Below, piece by piece: positions 1-10,078 of a stretch of DNA of 64,000 nucleotides. The position numbers were made by a program, and so were the translations under genes. Within the stretch, counting starts at the first letter, position 1, and every line of letters starts with the position of its first letter. The DNA lies in NCBI GenBank assembly GCA_017934955.1, contig JAGBIO010000034.1, forward strand, positions 2,123 through 66,122, in the 5' to 3' direction. Source of the DNA: Clostridia bacterium. GTDB taxonomy: Bacteria; Bacillota; Clostridia; TANB77; RGIG9151. A model generated the notes under the pieces. That model saw only the letters and a program-made list of their open reading frames with translations, searched no databases and was not told where the DNA came from.

Positions 1-1470
1 TTGTATGTGTTTATTACCGGCAGTTCTGTTTCAGTGGTTCGTGCCGGAATTGGTGCAATTTTTTTACTGTTATCGAAGTTTTTGGGACGAAAGAGCGATT
101 CGTTAACTTCTTTATTTTTGGTGGCATTTTTGATTTTGCTCTGTAATCCGATGGCGATTTATTCCTTGAGTTTTCAACTATCTTTTGCAGGTGTCTTGGG
201 AATTTTGATTGCTTTTCCGAAGTTGAAATGTTACTTGGGAGGATTGCCGAGGAAGATAGGAGAATGTTTGGCAGTGACAATGGCGGCGCAGATTTTTGTG
301 ACGCCGATTTTGGTATGTCAGTTTCATACGCTTTCTTTGAGTGGATTGTTTTCTAATCTTTTTGCTGTGTCTCTTTCCGGTATCATTATGATGCTGGGCT
401 TTGCGGCATTTTTTATTTGGTTTTTCCTTCCTCCGTTGGGGTTATTGCTAAACAAGATAACGTATTGTCTGATTCTTTTGATGAATGGGATTGCGGAGTT
501 TTTTGCGGGATTGGATTTTTTGTCTTATACGGTAGTGACACCGAAATTGAGTTTTGTGATGTTGTATTATTTATGGATGCTGTGTTTGTTTGGGTTTTGG
601 AGGATTCGGAAGAGGTTCCTTGGGATGATTACGGGTGCTGTTTTGTTGATCGAACTTTTTCTTGGATGGATTCCTTCTGGTTTGGAGATTAATTTTATTG
701 ATGTGGGACATGGAGATAGTATTTTTATGGTTTTGCCGGATAAAAGGAGTGTTTTGATTGATACGGGCGGTGGCTATTGGATCGGAGAGAAGGAGTACAA
801 TGCAGGGCGTGATACGGTTGCGCCGTATTTGTTGAGTCGCGGGTATCGGCATGTGGATATGATGGTAATTACGCATTTTGATGAGGATCATGTGGGTGGT
901 TTGGCGGAGATTTTAGAGGTGATTGATACCGATGTGGTGGCGGTGAGTGTTCATGCGAAGGAAAAGGAGCGGTATTCTGAGATTGCGATGTTAGCGAAGA
1001 AGCATGGGTTTGTTGTGAAAGAATTGGCGGCGGGAAGTGCGTTTTCTTTGGGAGATGTGCGGTTTGATGTGTTGTCTCCTTTTCGAGAAGTAAAAGCGGA
1101 GTCGGAAAATAATGATTCGGTTTGTTTGATGTGCGAGTATGAGGGTGTGAAGATTTTGTTTACCGGAGATTTAGAGGCGGCGGGGGAAGAAGTTTTATTG
1201 CAACAAGGTGTTTCGGTGGACGCGGATATTTTAAAGGTGAGTCATCACGGATCAGTGACGTCGTGCAGTGAGGAATTTGTGAGGGCAGTAACCCCAAGAA
1301 TTTCGGTGATTAGTGTGGGAACTCGATTTAAGAGTTTGCCGGGAAAGGCAGTATTAGAGCGCTTAGAGGAAGTTGGATCGAAGGTGTATCGGACGGATTT
1401 GCAGGGCGAAGTTTCGATTCGTGTGCGAAAGGGTTCTATTTCGGTGGATACTTGCGTAAATATGGACTAA
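1..1470 (+). CDS. comEC: Competence protein ComEC/Rec2, C-terminal part. The 5' end lies outside the window.
   Basis: The ORF is open from the window edge. A polytopic membrane region is followed by metallo-beta-lactamase-fold motifs (HFDEDHVGG, DTGGG, LKVSHHGS) typical of the ComEC C-terminal domain. Confidence 0.7.
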   Translation: MYVFITGSSVSVVRAGIGAIFLLLSKFLGRKSDSLTSLFLVAFLILLCNPMAIYSLSFQLSFAGVLGILIAFPKLKCYLGGLPRKIGECLAVTMAAQIFVTPILVCQFHTLSLSGLFSNLFAVSLSGIIMMLGFAAFFIWFFLPPLGLLLNKITYCLILLMNGIAEFFAGLDFLSYTVVTPKLSFVMLYYLWMLCLFGFWRIRKRFLGMITGAVLLIELFLGWIPSGLEINFIDVGHGDSIFMVLPDKRSVLIDTGGGYWIGEKEYNAGRDTVAPYLLSRGYRHVDMMVITHFDEDHVGGLAEILEVIDTDVVAVSVHAKEKERYSEIAMLAKKHGFVVKELAAGSAFSLGDVRFDVLSPFREVKAESENNDSVCLMCEYEGVKILFTGDLEAAGEEVLLQQGVSVDADILKVSHHGSVTSCSEEFVRAVTPRISVISVGTRFKSLPGKAVLERLEEVGSKVYRTDLQGEVSIRVRKGSISVDTCVNMD

Positions 1471-1512
1471 ATGTGGAAGATAACCGTAAGGGTATCAGAT
1501 GGGAGGAAAAGG

Positions 1513-1872
1513 ATGTCTATTCATTTATTAAAGGGTGTTGTGACAAGTTATGGATTTACTTTTGTGGCGTTTTTGGTGTTTGCAGTGATTTTGAGTTTTA
1601 CCAATATTCCGGATTCGACAATGCCGGGAATGATTTTATTGATTTCGATTATCAGCATTTTGTTTGGCGCGGCAACTTGTACGCGACAGGCAAGTACGCA
1701 AGGATGGCTTTGGGGTGGCATTGTGGGATTGATTTATGCCGGTGTGATTTATTTGTTGAGTAGTTTTTTGGTGACAGGTTTTTCGACGCCAATGTCAACG
1801 CTATATTTAATATTGAGCTATGTCGGAACCGGCGCAGTGGGAGGAATTGTGGGGATAAATATGAAGAAGTAA
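1513..1872 (+). CDS. Small polytopic membrane protein of unknown function.
   Basis: ATG at 1513 follows a GGGAGGAAAAGG RBS. Three to four hydrophobic helices are predicted. Confidence 0.4.
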   Translation: MSIHLLKGVVTSYGFTFVAFLVFAVILSFTNIPDSTMPGMILLISIISILFGAATCTRQASTQGWLWGGIVGLIYAGVIYLLSSFLVTGFSTPMSTLYLILSYVGTGAVGGIVGINMKK

Positions 1873-1924
1873 AGGCTTGCGTATCCCTTCTATATGTGAT
1901 AAAATCTTTCCATTGGAGGGTGCC

Positions 1925-2440
1925 ATGGAATACGCTAATGATACGCAGGATAAGTTGATTGTGTTATATATTATCAGTAAATTGAATAAATCAATTACGA
2001 ATTTGCAGATGGTGGATTTGATTTTGGATTCTACGGGAATTGATTATTTTACGTTGCAGGATTTGTTGATTCGGTTGCAGAATGCGGGATTGATCAATTT
2101 GTTTTATCAGAATGATATCCGCTATTATAAGATTACCGAAGAGGGAGAGCAATTATTGGACTCTTTGATGAATTTGGTCCCGGAATTTATTTTGTTTCGA
2201 ATTGATGGGAAGATTGAGGATTCGAAAAAGGAAGTGCAACAGAAGTCTGTGGTTTATGCGGATTTTTTCCCGGATGGAAAAGGGTTGTATCAGGTAAAGT
2301 GTAAAATCAGTGAGGGCGGAGAGCCGCTGGTGGAGCTTTCAATTAGCGTAAATTCGCGTGAACAGGCGATTATGATTTGTAACGATTGGTATGAGAATCC
2401 TTCGAAGTATTATATTGATATTATTAAGATGTTTAACTAA
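1925..2440 (+). CDS. Hypothetical cytoplasmic protein, DUF4364-like.
   Basis: ATG at 1925 follows a GGAGGG RBS. 171 aa with no catalytic motif recognised. Confidence 0.4.
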   Translation: MEYANDTQDKLIVLYIISKLNKSITNLQMVDLILDSTGIDYFTLQDLLIRLQNAGLINLFYQNDIRYYKITEEGEQLLDSLMNLVPEFILFRIDGKIEDSKKEVQQKSVVYADFFPDGKGLYQVKCKISEGGEPLVELSISVNSREQAIMICNDWYENPSKYYIDIIKMFN

Positions 2441-2470
2441 GAATATTGCAGGACAGCGGGAAAGAAGCAG

Positions 2471-2512
2471 TGAAATTGTGTCCCTACAATGATAACATAA
2501 TCATTTGATAGC
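2471..2512. repeat. REP 3' half-site plus a conserved tail (aaattgtgtccctacaatgataacataatcatt).
   Basis: The same CCCTACAATGA...ACAATCAT tail follows REPs at 23480 and 32247. Confidence 0.6.
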
Positions 2513-2599
2513 GTTTGATATTATTTAGAAAACATAGTAAAATAATAATAGGAGTGTACTTTTTGAAAAAGATTATGTAGGAAAAATGGGAGTGAGAGT

Positions 2600-2908
2600 A
2601 TGAGCGAGAAGGTTTATACAATTCATGAAATAAAGACAATTTTGGCAGAAATTTTAAAAAACCTACCGGTTTATCGTGTGATTTTGTTTGGCTCTTATGC
2701 CCAAAATACTGCAACCGGGAATAGTGATTTGGATTTGGTCATTGATACACGTGAAACGTTAATGGGATTTAAATTATATAGTTTGATTACAAAGATAGAG
2801 GAAGTTTTTCAAAAGGAAATAGATGCTTTTGAGCAAACAGAAATTATTGAAAATTCAAAAATAGACGAGGAAATCAAGAAAACCGGGGTGATTGTGTATG
2901 AGAAATAA
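2600..2908 (+). CDS. mntA: Minimal nucleotidyltransferase (MNT) antitoxin of a HepT/MNT toxin-antitoxin pair.
   Basis: Carries LFGSYAQ...SDLDLVID, the Pol-beta-type nucleotidyltransferase G[SG]...D.D motif. Overlaps the next gene. Confidence 0.7.
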   Translation: MSEKVYTIHEIKTILAEILKNLPVYRVILFGSYAQNTATGNSDLDLVIDTRETLMGFKLYSLITKIEEVFQKEIDAFEQTEIIENSKIDEEIKKTGVIVYEK

Positions 2909-3248
2909 AGAATATATTTCTTTAGAGAAAATGATTGAATATATCGATAAAGCACTTTCGTATACAAAGGAATATACATTTGAAGAATTTTCTTCTGATG
3001 ATAAAACAATTGATGCAACGGTTTTTGCACTTAGTCAAGTCGGAGAATTAGTAAAGAATATTACGTTGGAAACAATGCAAAAATATTCTAATATTGAATG
3101 GAAAATGATAAAAGGATTAAGAAATCGAATTGTTCACGATTATGAAGGAATTAATCTAAAAAATATATGGTATATTGTAAAAAATGATGTGATTGAATTA
3201 AGAACAGAAATTAAAAAAATTATTGATGAAGAAAAATCGAGAAAATAA
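2898..3248 (+). CDS. hepT: HepT (DUF86) HEPN-type toxin.
   Basis: The RNRIVHDY sequence matches the R-x4-HxY HEPN motif. It overlaps the end of the MNT gene by 11 nt, the classic TA arrangement. Confidence 0.7.
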   Translation: MRNKEYISLEKMIEYIDKALSYTKEYTFEEFSSDDKTIDATVFALSQVGELVKNITLETMQKYSNIEWKMIKGLRNRIVHDYEGINLKNIWYIVKNDVIELRTEIKKIIDEEKSRK

Positions 3249-3292
3249 TACTACTTAAATAATAAAAAGAAAGCATATTTCTCAATCTAATT

Positions 3293-3335
3293 GTAGGGAC
3301 AGCATTCATGCTGTCCAAAGAAGAGGCAGTGACAT
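3293..3335. repeat. REP element (type A), GTAGGGACAGCATTCATGCTGTCC plus an AGGCAG-containing tail.
   Basis: A perfect 9-bp stem palindrome preceded by GTAG. Same family as the ~60 other copies in the window. Confidence 0.85.
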
Positions 3336-3337
3336 TT

Positions 3338-4072
3338 ATGGAGATTACGAGTTTGGAGAATAAGTCGGTGAAGTTGGCGGCTTCTTTGCAGAAGAAGAAG
3401 TACCGTGATTTGCATGGAAAGTTTTTGATTGAGGGAATGAAACTGATTCGTGAGGCGATGGCTTTCGGGTATGAGTTTGATTCTGTTTTTTATGTTCCCG
3501 ACAAGGTTGCGTATGATTTAGATTTACCGGCTTATGAGGTTTCCTATGAGATTTTGTGTAAGATTACCGATACTGTGACTCCGCAGGGAATTGCGGCGAT
3601 TGTGAAGGGGAAGGAACCGGATTTTGTGAAGCTTCAAAAAGCGCAACGTGTGGTGTATTTGGATCGGGTACAGGATCCGGGAAATGTGGGAACGATTATT
3701 CGGACGGCGGATGCGTTTGGGTTTGATGCGGTGATTTTGTCGAAGGAATGTGCGGATTTGTATTCTCCAAAAGTGCTTCGTTCCGCGATGGGGTCGGTGT
3801 TTCATTTAGAGATTTATCGGGATTTTTCGGCAGAGGATTTGATGAAATTGGGAAAAAAGATTTATTCTTCTTCGCTTGAGGCGTCGAATATGCCGGAGAA
3901 GATTGAGCTTCCTGCCGTTTTGGTGATTGGAAATGAGGGACAAGGTATTTCGGAGGAGATAAAAGCAGTAACGGACGAGTTTGTGAAGATTCCGATGGCG
4001 GGGAATGCAGAGTCGTTGAATGCGTCGATTGCGGCGGGGATTTTGTTGTATGAGTTTCGGTTGAAATATTGA
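3338..4072 (+). CDS. TrmH/SpoU-family RNA 2'-O-methyltransferase (RlmB-like).
   Basis: Contains SPOUT motifs (GNEGQGISEE, ESLNASIAAGILLYE). The ORF-track start at 3308 lies inside a REP element, so start is placed at ATG 3338. Confidence 0.7.
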   Translation: MEITSLENKSVKLAASLQKKKYRDLHGKFLIEGMKLIREAMAFGYEFDSVFYVPDKVAYDLDLPAYEVSYEILCKITDTVTPQGIAAIVKGKEPDFVKLQKAQRVVYLDRVQDPGNVGTIIRTADAFGFDAVILSKECADLYSPKVLRSAMGSVFHLEIYRDFSAEDLMKLGKKIYSSSLEASNMPEKIELPAVLVIGNEGQGISEEIKAVTDEFVKIPMAGNAESLNASIAAGILLYEFRLKY

Positions 4073-4122
4073 GAAGATTGATAGAGATAGTTGTTACTAT
4101 CCAACCTCAAATTTATAAAAAA

Positions 4123-4326
4123 GGCACAAATGTTGTGTGGACAGCATGAATGCTGTCCGTACGGATGAAAGAGGCAGTGGCATTGTAGGGACAGCATTTA
4201 TGCTGTCCAAAGAAAAAGCAGGACAGCATGAATGCTGTCCGTACGGATGAAAGAGGCAGTGACATTGTAGGGACAGCATTTATGCTGTCCAAAGAATAGG
4301 CAGAGGCTTAGAATTAGGACACAATA
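4123..4326. repeat. REP cluster of four type-A REPs in alternating orientation (two ~62-bp BIME-like units) plus a partial type-B REP.
   Basis: Direct reading shows ggacagcatgaatgctgtccgtacggatgaaagaggcagtgRcattgtagggacagcatttatgctgtccaaagaa, repeated twice. Confidence 0.9.
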
Positions 4327-4465
4327 CAGGGAACTACAGTAGAGATTACATCAAATGTAGTCTTTATTTTTATGTATATAATATTTTAGCTTGTTTAAAA
4401 ATAGTATCACAATGTTGACGATTGTAATACAATGTATTATAATTAAATTAAAGGGGTTGATTATT

Positions 4466-4684
4466 ATGACTATTTCGGTAAGATTAAGCGATGATGATAC
4501 AAGATTGATAAAAACTTATGCAGAAATGAATAATATGTTATTATCTGATTTGATTAGAATTGCAGTAATCGAGAAAATTGAAGATGAATATGATTTAAAA
4601 TGCTATGAACAAGCTCTTAAAGAGTATAAAGAAAATCCTAAAACTTATACATTAGATGAAGTAAAAAAGGAGTTGGGATTGTAG
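4466..4684 (+). CDS. relB: RelB/DinJ-like ribbon-helix-helix antitoxin.
   Basis: ATG at 4466 follows an AAAGGGG RBS. Small acidic protein with an N-terminal RHH-like strand (TISVRLSDDD). Stop overlaps the toxin start. Confidence 0.6.
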   Translation: MTISVRLSDDDTRLIKTYAEMNNMLLSDLIRIAVIEKIEDEYDLKCYEQALKEYKENPKTYTLDEVKKELGL

Positions 4685-4950
4685 TGAAATATAGAGTAGT
4701 ATTTACAGAAAAATCTAAAAAACAACTTTCAAAATTAGATAGATCAATTTCAGCTTTGATAGTTGGATGGATAGAAAAGAACATCGAAGGTTGTGAAAAT
4801 CCAAGGATATATGGTAAAGGATTATTAGGTAATAGAAGTGGACAATGGAGATATCGTATAGGAGATTATAGAGCGATATGTGAAATAAGGGATGATGAAA
4901 TAATAATTTTGGTTTTGGAAGTAGGTCATAGAAAGCATATATATGAATAG
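4684..4950 (+). CDS. relE: RelE/ParE-family mRNA interferase toxin.
   Basis: 88 aa ending ...YRIGDYRAICEIRDDEIIILVLEVGHRKHIYE, a typical RelE/ParE fold signature. Its 4-nt overlap with the antitoxin gene supports the pairing. Confidence 0.7.
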   Translation: MKYRVVFTEKSKKQLSKLDRSISALIVGWIEKNIEGCENPRIYGKGLLGNRSGQWRYRIGDYRAICEIRDDEIIILVLEVGHRKHIYE

Positions 4951-4984
4951 AAAATAATATAAGAATTAAGTGTTATAAAATGCA

Positions 4985-5033
4985 ACAATTTATTGTGTCC
5001 GTGGAATAGGCAGAGGCGTATAATTAGGACATA
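4985..5033. repeat. Partial type-B REP plus linker.
   Basis: Reads caatttattgtgtccgtggaataggcagaggcgtataattaggaca. Confidence 0.7.
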
Positions 5034-5085
5034 TGTATAAAAAGTTCCTTTTTTACTAATAATAAGGTAAAAAAGGAGCTTTTTT

Positions 5086-8000
5086 ATGATGAAGAATAAA
5101 TCGGACAGAGCGGTTTCTAAGATGAATCGGGATTTTTCGGCTATTTTTTCGGTGTATCGGAGGTTGAATGATAATCGAAAATTGAAGTCGAATTTGGTGC
5201 CGGCGAGTGAGTGGCTTTTGGATAATTTTTATATTGTGGAGGAGCATACCAAGCAGATTAAGAGGGATTTTACGAGTAAAATGTATCGGGATTTGCCATT
5301 GGTGGAGAGTGGATATACCAGAGCGTTTACAATTGCTCGTAAGATTGTGAGCGAGAATGATGCAAAAATTGATGAGAATGTGATTGAGAGTTTTATTAAT
5401 AAGTATGAAGAAGTGACGCCGCTTTATATGCGGGAGATTTGGTCGCTGGGCGTTTGTATTCGGATGGCGTTGATTGAGAAAATTCGGGAGATTAGCGATA
5501 AAATCAGTAAAACGTACAGCGAGTGGGAGCGTGCGGAGCGTTGGTTGGAAGAGTATAATTTGAATGCAGAGTTGAAACTTCCGGATGTTGGGGAGAATCC
5601 GTCTTTTTATGAGCATCTTTCGTATCAATTGCGGAGAATGGGAAAAAACGGTGTTGTGATATTAAACCGTATTGATCGGTACATAGAGAAATACGGGACG
5701 TCTTTGGAGTTGATTTCGCGGAAAGAGCATAGCGTGCAGGCGGCGATGAAGATTACTATCGGAAATTGCATCGGGAGCTTGAAGTCGATTTCTACGATTG
5801 ATTGGAATGAGTTGTTTAATCGTGTGAGCGAGATTGAACGAATTTTTTATTCGGAAAAATCCGGTGTGTATCCGAAGATGGATTTGGAGAGTAAAAATGT
5901 TTATCGAAGCCGGGTGGAGAAGATTGCAAAGGATTTTGCAATTTCAGAATTGCATGTGGCACGAAAAGTTTTGGCTTGTGCGGATGAAAATTTTGATGAT
6001 GAGAAATACGGGCATATCGGGTATTATTTGTTTGATAGAGAGGGGAGAAGAGAACTTCTTAACCGGTTGGATGTGAAGATTTCTTATGGGTATTTGTTTC
6101 GGGAAAATTTGAAGCAGAATCCGTTTGGAATTTATTTGTTGACGATTTTGCTGTTTTCGGCTTTGTCAACGGGACTTTTGGCATGGGTAATTAAGGCATT
6201 TTACGGTGGCTTTTCCGCTTGGAGTTATGTCGGCTTGGTGTTGGCTTTTCTGATTGCGTTTGATGGCGGGGTTTGCTTTGCGAATTATTGGTTTAGCAAA
6301 GTTTTTAAACCACGTGTGATTCCGCGGTTGGATTTTATGGAGGGTGTGCCGAAAGAGGCGACTACGATGCTGATTGTGCCGACGTTGCTGTCTTCGGAGA
6401 AGCGTGTGAGCGAGATGCTTTTGAATTTGGAAAAGTATGCGGCGGGAATCGATGACGATCATGTGTTTTATACATTAATCGGAGATGCGCGTGAGTATGA
6501 TTTGGAGCTTTGGGAAGCGGATGAGAAGATTATAAAGGTCGGCGAGGAGCTTGTGGCCGAGATGAATTTACGGGCAGGAAAGACGCGTTTCTTTTTTGTG
6601 TATCGAAAGCGATTTTTTAATGCCTCTGAGAATAAATGGCTTGGTTGGGAACGAAAAAGAGGGGCAATTTTGAAATTTAATGAGTTCCTTCAAGAGGGAA
6701 ATAAGGGTGATTACCGTTTCGTTTCGGAGGGATTTGAGGAGCTTCCTAAGATAAAGTATGTTTTGACGTTGGATGCGGATACTTTTGTTCCGATTAATGA
6801 GGCAAAAAAATTGATTGGTGCAATGGCGCATCCGCTGAATAAGCCGGTTTTGAATGAAGAAGGAACGGCGGTTGTTTCGGGGTATGGAATTATTCAGCCT
6901 CGTATCGGGATTGATGTGGTGAGTGCGAATAAGAGTCGCTTTTCAAAGATTTTTGCAGGAACCGGCGGAATTGATCCGTATGTGTGCGCGTCGTCGGATA
7001 TTTATCAGGATTTGTTTGGAGAGGCGATTTTTACCGGTAAAGGAATTTATGATATTGCTGTTTTCCAGAAGGTATTAGCCGATACGATTCCGGATAATGC
7101 GATTTTGAGCCATGATTTATTGGAGGGTTCTTATTTACGGGCGGGTCTTGCGACGAATATTGAGTTGATTGACGGATACCCTGCTCGCTATAATGCGTAT
7201 GCGATGAGAGCGCATCGCTGGGCGAGAGGGGATTGGCAGGTCTTACCGTGGCTTTCGGGGAGAGTAAGGAATCGAAATCATGAATTGGTGAAAAATCCGA
7301 TTGATGGGGTTTCGAAGTGGAAGATTTTCGATAATTTGCGTCGTACGTTGACAGCGCCGTTGATGATGCTTTTAATCTTTTTGTCGTTTTTTGTGTTACC
7401 GGAGTCCGCGTTACTTTGGAGTGTGTTTGCGGTTGTTTTGGGGATTCGTGGAAATAAAAAGCAATTTTTGTATCAGTTGCTGTTTTTGCCGTTTCAAGCG
7501 TCTTTGATGCTGAATGCGGTGGTTGTAACGCTTTATCGAATGTTTTTTGTGAAGAAGAATTTATTGGAATGGGTTACCGCAGCGGATATGGAGACGAAGC
7601 TAAAAAATACCGTCGGGAGTTTTTATCGTTTGATGAATCGCAGCCTTTTGATTTCGACGGTGATTTTCTTGGTAGCGTACTTTGTGAAGGGCGATGCGAT
7701 TTCGATTTATTTTTCGGCGTTCTTGTTCTTTTTATGGTGGATTGCGCCGCTTGTGGCATTTCATATCAGCTTATCGATTCGAGAACGACAGGAACGTTTG
7801 GATAACGCGGAAATTGAGGAATTACGAGAATTTGCAAAGAGAACGTGGTCGTATTTTGATACCTTGATGAATGAGGAAAATCATTTTTTACCGCCGGATA
7901 ATTTTCAAGAGGAACCGCCGAATGGGGTGGCGTATCGGACTTCTCCGACGAATATCGGATTGGGATTGTTGGCGATTATCAGTGCGTATGATCTTGGTTT

Positions 8001-10077
8001 TATTGATGTGAACAATATGATTTTGCGTTTGGAAAAGAGTATTCATACCATTGAAAAGTTGGACAAGTGGAATGGTCATTTGTTGAATTGGTATAATACC
8101 AAGACATTGGTACCACTTTTCCCACGATATATTTCTACAGTAGACAGCGGAAACTTTTTGGCGTATGCGATTACGGCGAAAGAGGCTCTGAGGAAGATTT
8201 TGAAGGAAGAAAAAGAGATTGATGTTGTTCTTGTGCATAGTCTGATGAGCAAGTTGGAGTCTTTTATCAAAGAGATGAATTTTGCGGTTTTGTATGATGC
8301 GAAAAAGAATATTTTTTCGATTGGCTATAATTTGGAGGATGGGCGTTTAACGAATTCTTATTATGATTTGTTGGCATCGGAAGCGCGACAGACGAGTTTT
8401 TTGGCGGTGTGCCGGCATGAGGTCCCGTTAAAGCATTGGTTTTTGTTAGGAAGAAGTTTGACAAAAATGAATCGTGAAAAAGGGCTTATTTCTTGGACGG
8501 GTACCATGTTTGAATATTTGATGCCGTTGTTGGTGATGAAGAATTATCCTGAAACGTTGTTAAATGAAACGTATGATTTTGTGATTAAAAGTCAGATGGA
8601 GTATGCGAAGAGAAAAGGTGTCGTTTGGGGAATTTCCGAGTCGGCGTTTTATAATTTTGATATTAATTTGAATTATCAGTATAAGGCGTTGGGAGTTCCG
8701 TGGCTTGGATTGAAACGAGGATTGTTGGAGGATACGGTGATTTCGCCGTATTCCACGATGTTGGCACTTATGGTGAAGCCGAAGACGGCGTTTAAGAATT
8801 TGTTGGCGTTAAAGAAGTTAAATATGTTGGGACAATATGGTTTTTATGAGTCGATTGATTTTACGCCGGGACGTTTGAAGGTTTTAGAGGGGGATAGGAA
8901 TTATGCGCAGGTTAAGAGTTACATGGCGCATCATCAGGGAATGAGTCTTGTGGCGATTAATAATGTGATTAATAATTTTGTGATGCAGGAGAGATTCCAC
9001 CGCGATATCCGGGTGATGTCGGGGGAAGTATTATTACAGGAGAAAGTGCCGGGAGATATTATCTATACAAAGAGTGATAAGGAGAAGGTGGTCCCGGAGA
9101 AGAATGTGGTTTATGAGAGTGTGAATACCGATCGTTTAATTGAAATCGATACAGAAACACTTCCTTCTTGTAACGTTCTTACGAATGGTGCTTTCTTTAC
9201 ACAAATTAATGACAGAGGAGTGGGATTGGTGCGCTATCGGAATTGGGACCTTTCGCGTTATCGTAGTAATACGTTTGCAGAGAATTACGGACCGCTCTTT
9301 TATATTCGCTGCTTAAATGATTCACAAGTTTGGTCAGCAACGTACAAGCCGTTTTTGAAGGAACCGGATAAGTATTTTGTGGTTTTTTCGGGAGATAAGG
9401 CGAAGTTTGTGAGACGTGACGGAGATGTTGAGACGGTGACAGAAGTGATTGTGGCGACGGAAGATAATTTGGAGATTCGCAGAATTTCTTTGGTGAATCA
9501 TGGAACCGCAGAGGTGGATTTTGAGATTACTTCTTATGTAGAGCTGGTAACAGGCGATCAAAACGGGGATATTGCGCATCGAGCGTTTTATAGTATGTTT
9601 TTGACGACGGAGATGCAAAAGGAAGTTTTGATGGCGAAACGACAGAAAAGACGTTCTTGTGAGGAAGATTTGGTTTCCTATCAGCATTCTTTTGTGATTG
9701 GCGAAAGTTTTGGGGATTTTCAGTTTGAAACGGATCGAATGAAGTTTATTGGCAGGTATCGGAATACCGAGACGCCGAATGTGATTTTGGAAGGAAAGCC
9801 GCTGTCGGGGACGGTTGGTGCGGTTTTGGATCCGATTTTTTCGGAACGGCGGTATTTGCGTGTGAAACCGGGCGAGACAGGAAAGGTGATTTTTATTACG
9901 GGTATCGAGAAAGATGTGGATAAAGTTTTAGAGGTTGTGGATAAGTATCAATCGGAGGAAGCGGTTCAAAGAGCATTTCGTTTGGCATATGCAAGAAATC
10001 AGGTGGAGCTGTCTTATTTGAATGTGACGTCGGAGGAAATTCGGGATTTTGATGATATGATGAAGTTTTTAATATAA
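5086..10077 (+). CDS. Cyclic beta-1,2-glucan synthase (Cgs/NdvB/ChvB)-like protein, N-terminal 1663 aa. Contains a GT84-type glycosyltransferase domain, membrane segments, a glucoamylase-like middle region and a GH94 N-terminal beta-sandwich domain.
   Basis: GT-A motifs are present (TLDADTF as DxD, RAHRWARGDWQ as QxxRW). Two blocks of transmembrane helices. The C-terminal ~330 aa resemble the N-domain of cellobiose/chitobiose phosphorylases. Confidence 0.6.
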   Translation: MMKNKSDRAVSKMNRDFSAIFSVYRRLNDNRKLKSNLVPASEWLLDNFYIVEEHTKQIKRDFTSKMYRDLPLVESGYTRAFTIARKIVSENDAKIDENVIESFINKYEEVTPLYMREIWSLGVCIRMALIEKIREISDKISKTYSEWERAERWLEEYNLNAELKLPDVGENPSFYEHLSYQLRRMGKNGVVILNRIDRYIEKYGTSLELISRKEHSVQAAMKITIGNCIGSLKSISTIDWNELFNRVSEIERIFYSEKSGVYPKMDLESKNVYRSRVEKIAKDFAISELHVARKVLACADENFDDEKYGHIGYYLFDREGRRELLNRLDVKISYGYLFRENLKQNPFGIYLLTILLFSALSTGLLAWVIKAFYGGFSAWSYVGLVLAFLIAFDGGVCFANYWFSKVFKPRVIPRLDFMEGVPKEATTMLIVPTLLSSEKRVSEMLLNLEKYAAGIDDDHVFYTLIGDAREYDLELWEADEKIIKVGEELVAEMNLRAGKTRFFFVYRKRFFNASENKWLGWERKRGAILKFNEFLQEGNKGDYRFVSEGFEELPKIKYVLTLDADTFVPINEAKKLIGAMAHPLNKPVLNEEGTAVVSGYGIIQPRIGIDVVSANKSRFSKIFAGTGGIDPYVCASSDIYQDLFGEAIFTGKGIYDIAVFQKVLADTIPDNAILSHDLLEGSYLRAGLATNIELIDGYPARYNAYAMRAHRWARGDWQVLPWLSGRVRNRNHELVKNPIDGVSKWKIFDNLRRTLTAPLMMLLIFLSFFVLPESALLWSVFAVVLGIRGNKKQFLYQLLFLPFQASLMLNAVVVTLYRMFFVKKNLLEWVTAADMETKLKNTVGSFYRLMNRSLLISTVIFLVAYFVKGDAISIYFSAFLFFLWWIAPLVAFHISLSIRERQERLDNAEIEELREFAKRTWSYFDTLMNEENHFLPPDNFQEEPPNGVAYRTSPTNIGLGLLAIISAYDLGFIDVNNMILRLEKSIHTIEKLDKWNGHLLNWYNTKTLVPLFPRYISTVDSGNFLAYAITAKEALRKILKEEKEIDVVLVHSLMSKLESFIKEMNFAVLYDAKKNIFSIGYNLEDGRLTNSYYDLLASEARQTSFLAVCRHEVPLKHWFLLGRSLTKMNREKGLISWTGTMFEYLMPLLVMKNYPETLLNETYDFVIKSQMEYAKRKGVVWGISESAFYNFDINLNYQYKALGVPWLGLKRGLLEDTVISPYSTMLALMVKPKTAFKNLLALKKLNMLGQYGFYESIDFTPGRLKVLEGDRNYAQVKSYMAHHQGMSLVAINNVINNFVMQERFHRDIRVMSGEVLLQEKVPGDIIYTKSDKEKVVPEKNVVYESVNTDRLIEIDTETLPSCNVLTNGAFFTQINDRGVGLVRYRNWDLSRYRSNTFAENYGPLFYIRCLNDSQVWSATYKPFLKEPDKYFVVFSGDKAKFVRRDGDVETVTEVIVATEDNLEIRRISLVNHGTAEVDFEITSYVELVTGDQNGDIAHRAFYSMFLTTEMQKEVLMAKRQKRRSCEEDLVSYQHSFVIGESFGDFQFETDRMKFIGRYRNTETPNVILEGKPLSGTVGAVLDPIFSERRYLRVKPGETGKVIFITGIEKDVDKVLEVVDKYQSEEAVQRAFRLAYARNQVELSYLNVTSEEIRDFDDMMKFLI

Positions 10078-10078
10078 T

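Noticed and set aside
5056-5628. A 190-aa minus-strand ORF overlapping the start of the Cgs-like gene, and similar antisense ORFs at 11401..12120, 7888..8238 and 9334..9687.
   Set aside because: They are antisense to long, domain-supported CDSs, with biased R/H/I-rich composition typical of shadow ORFs.
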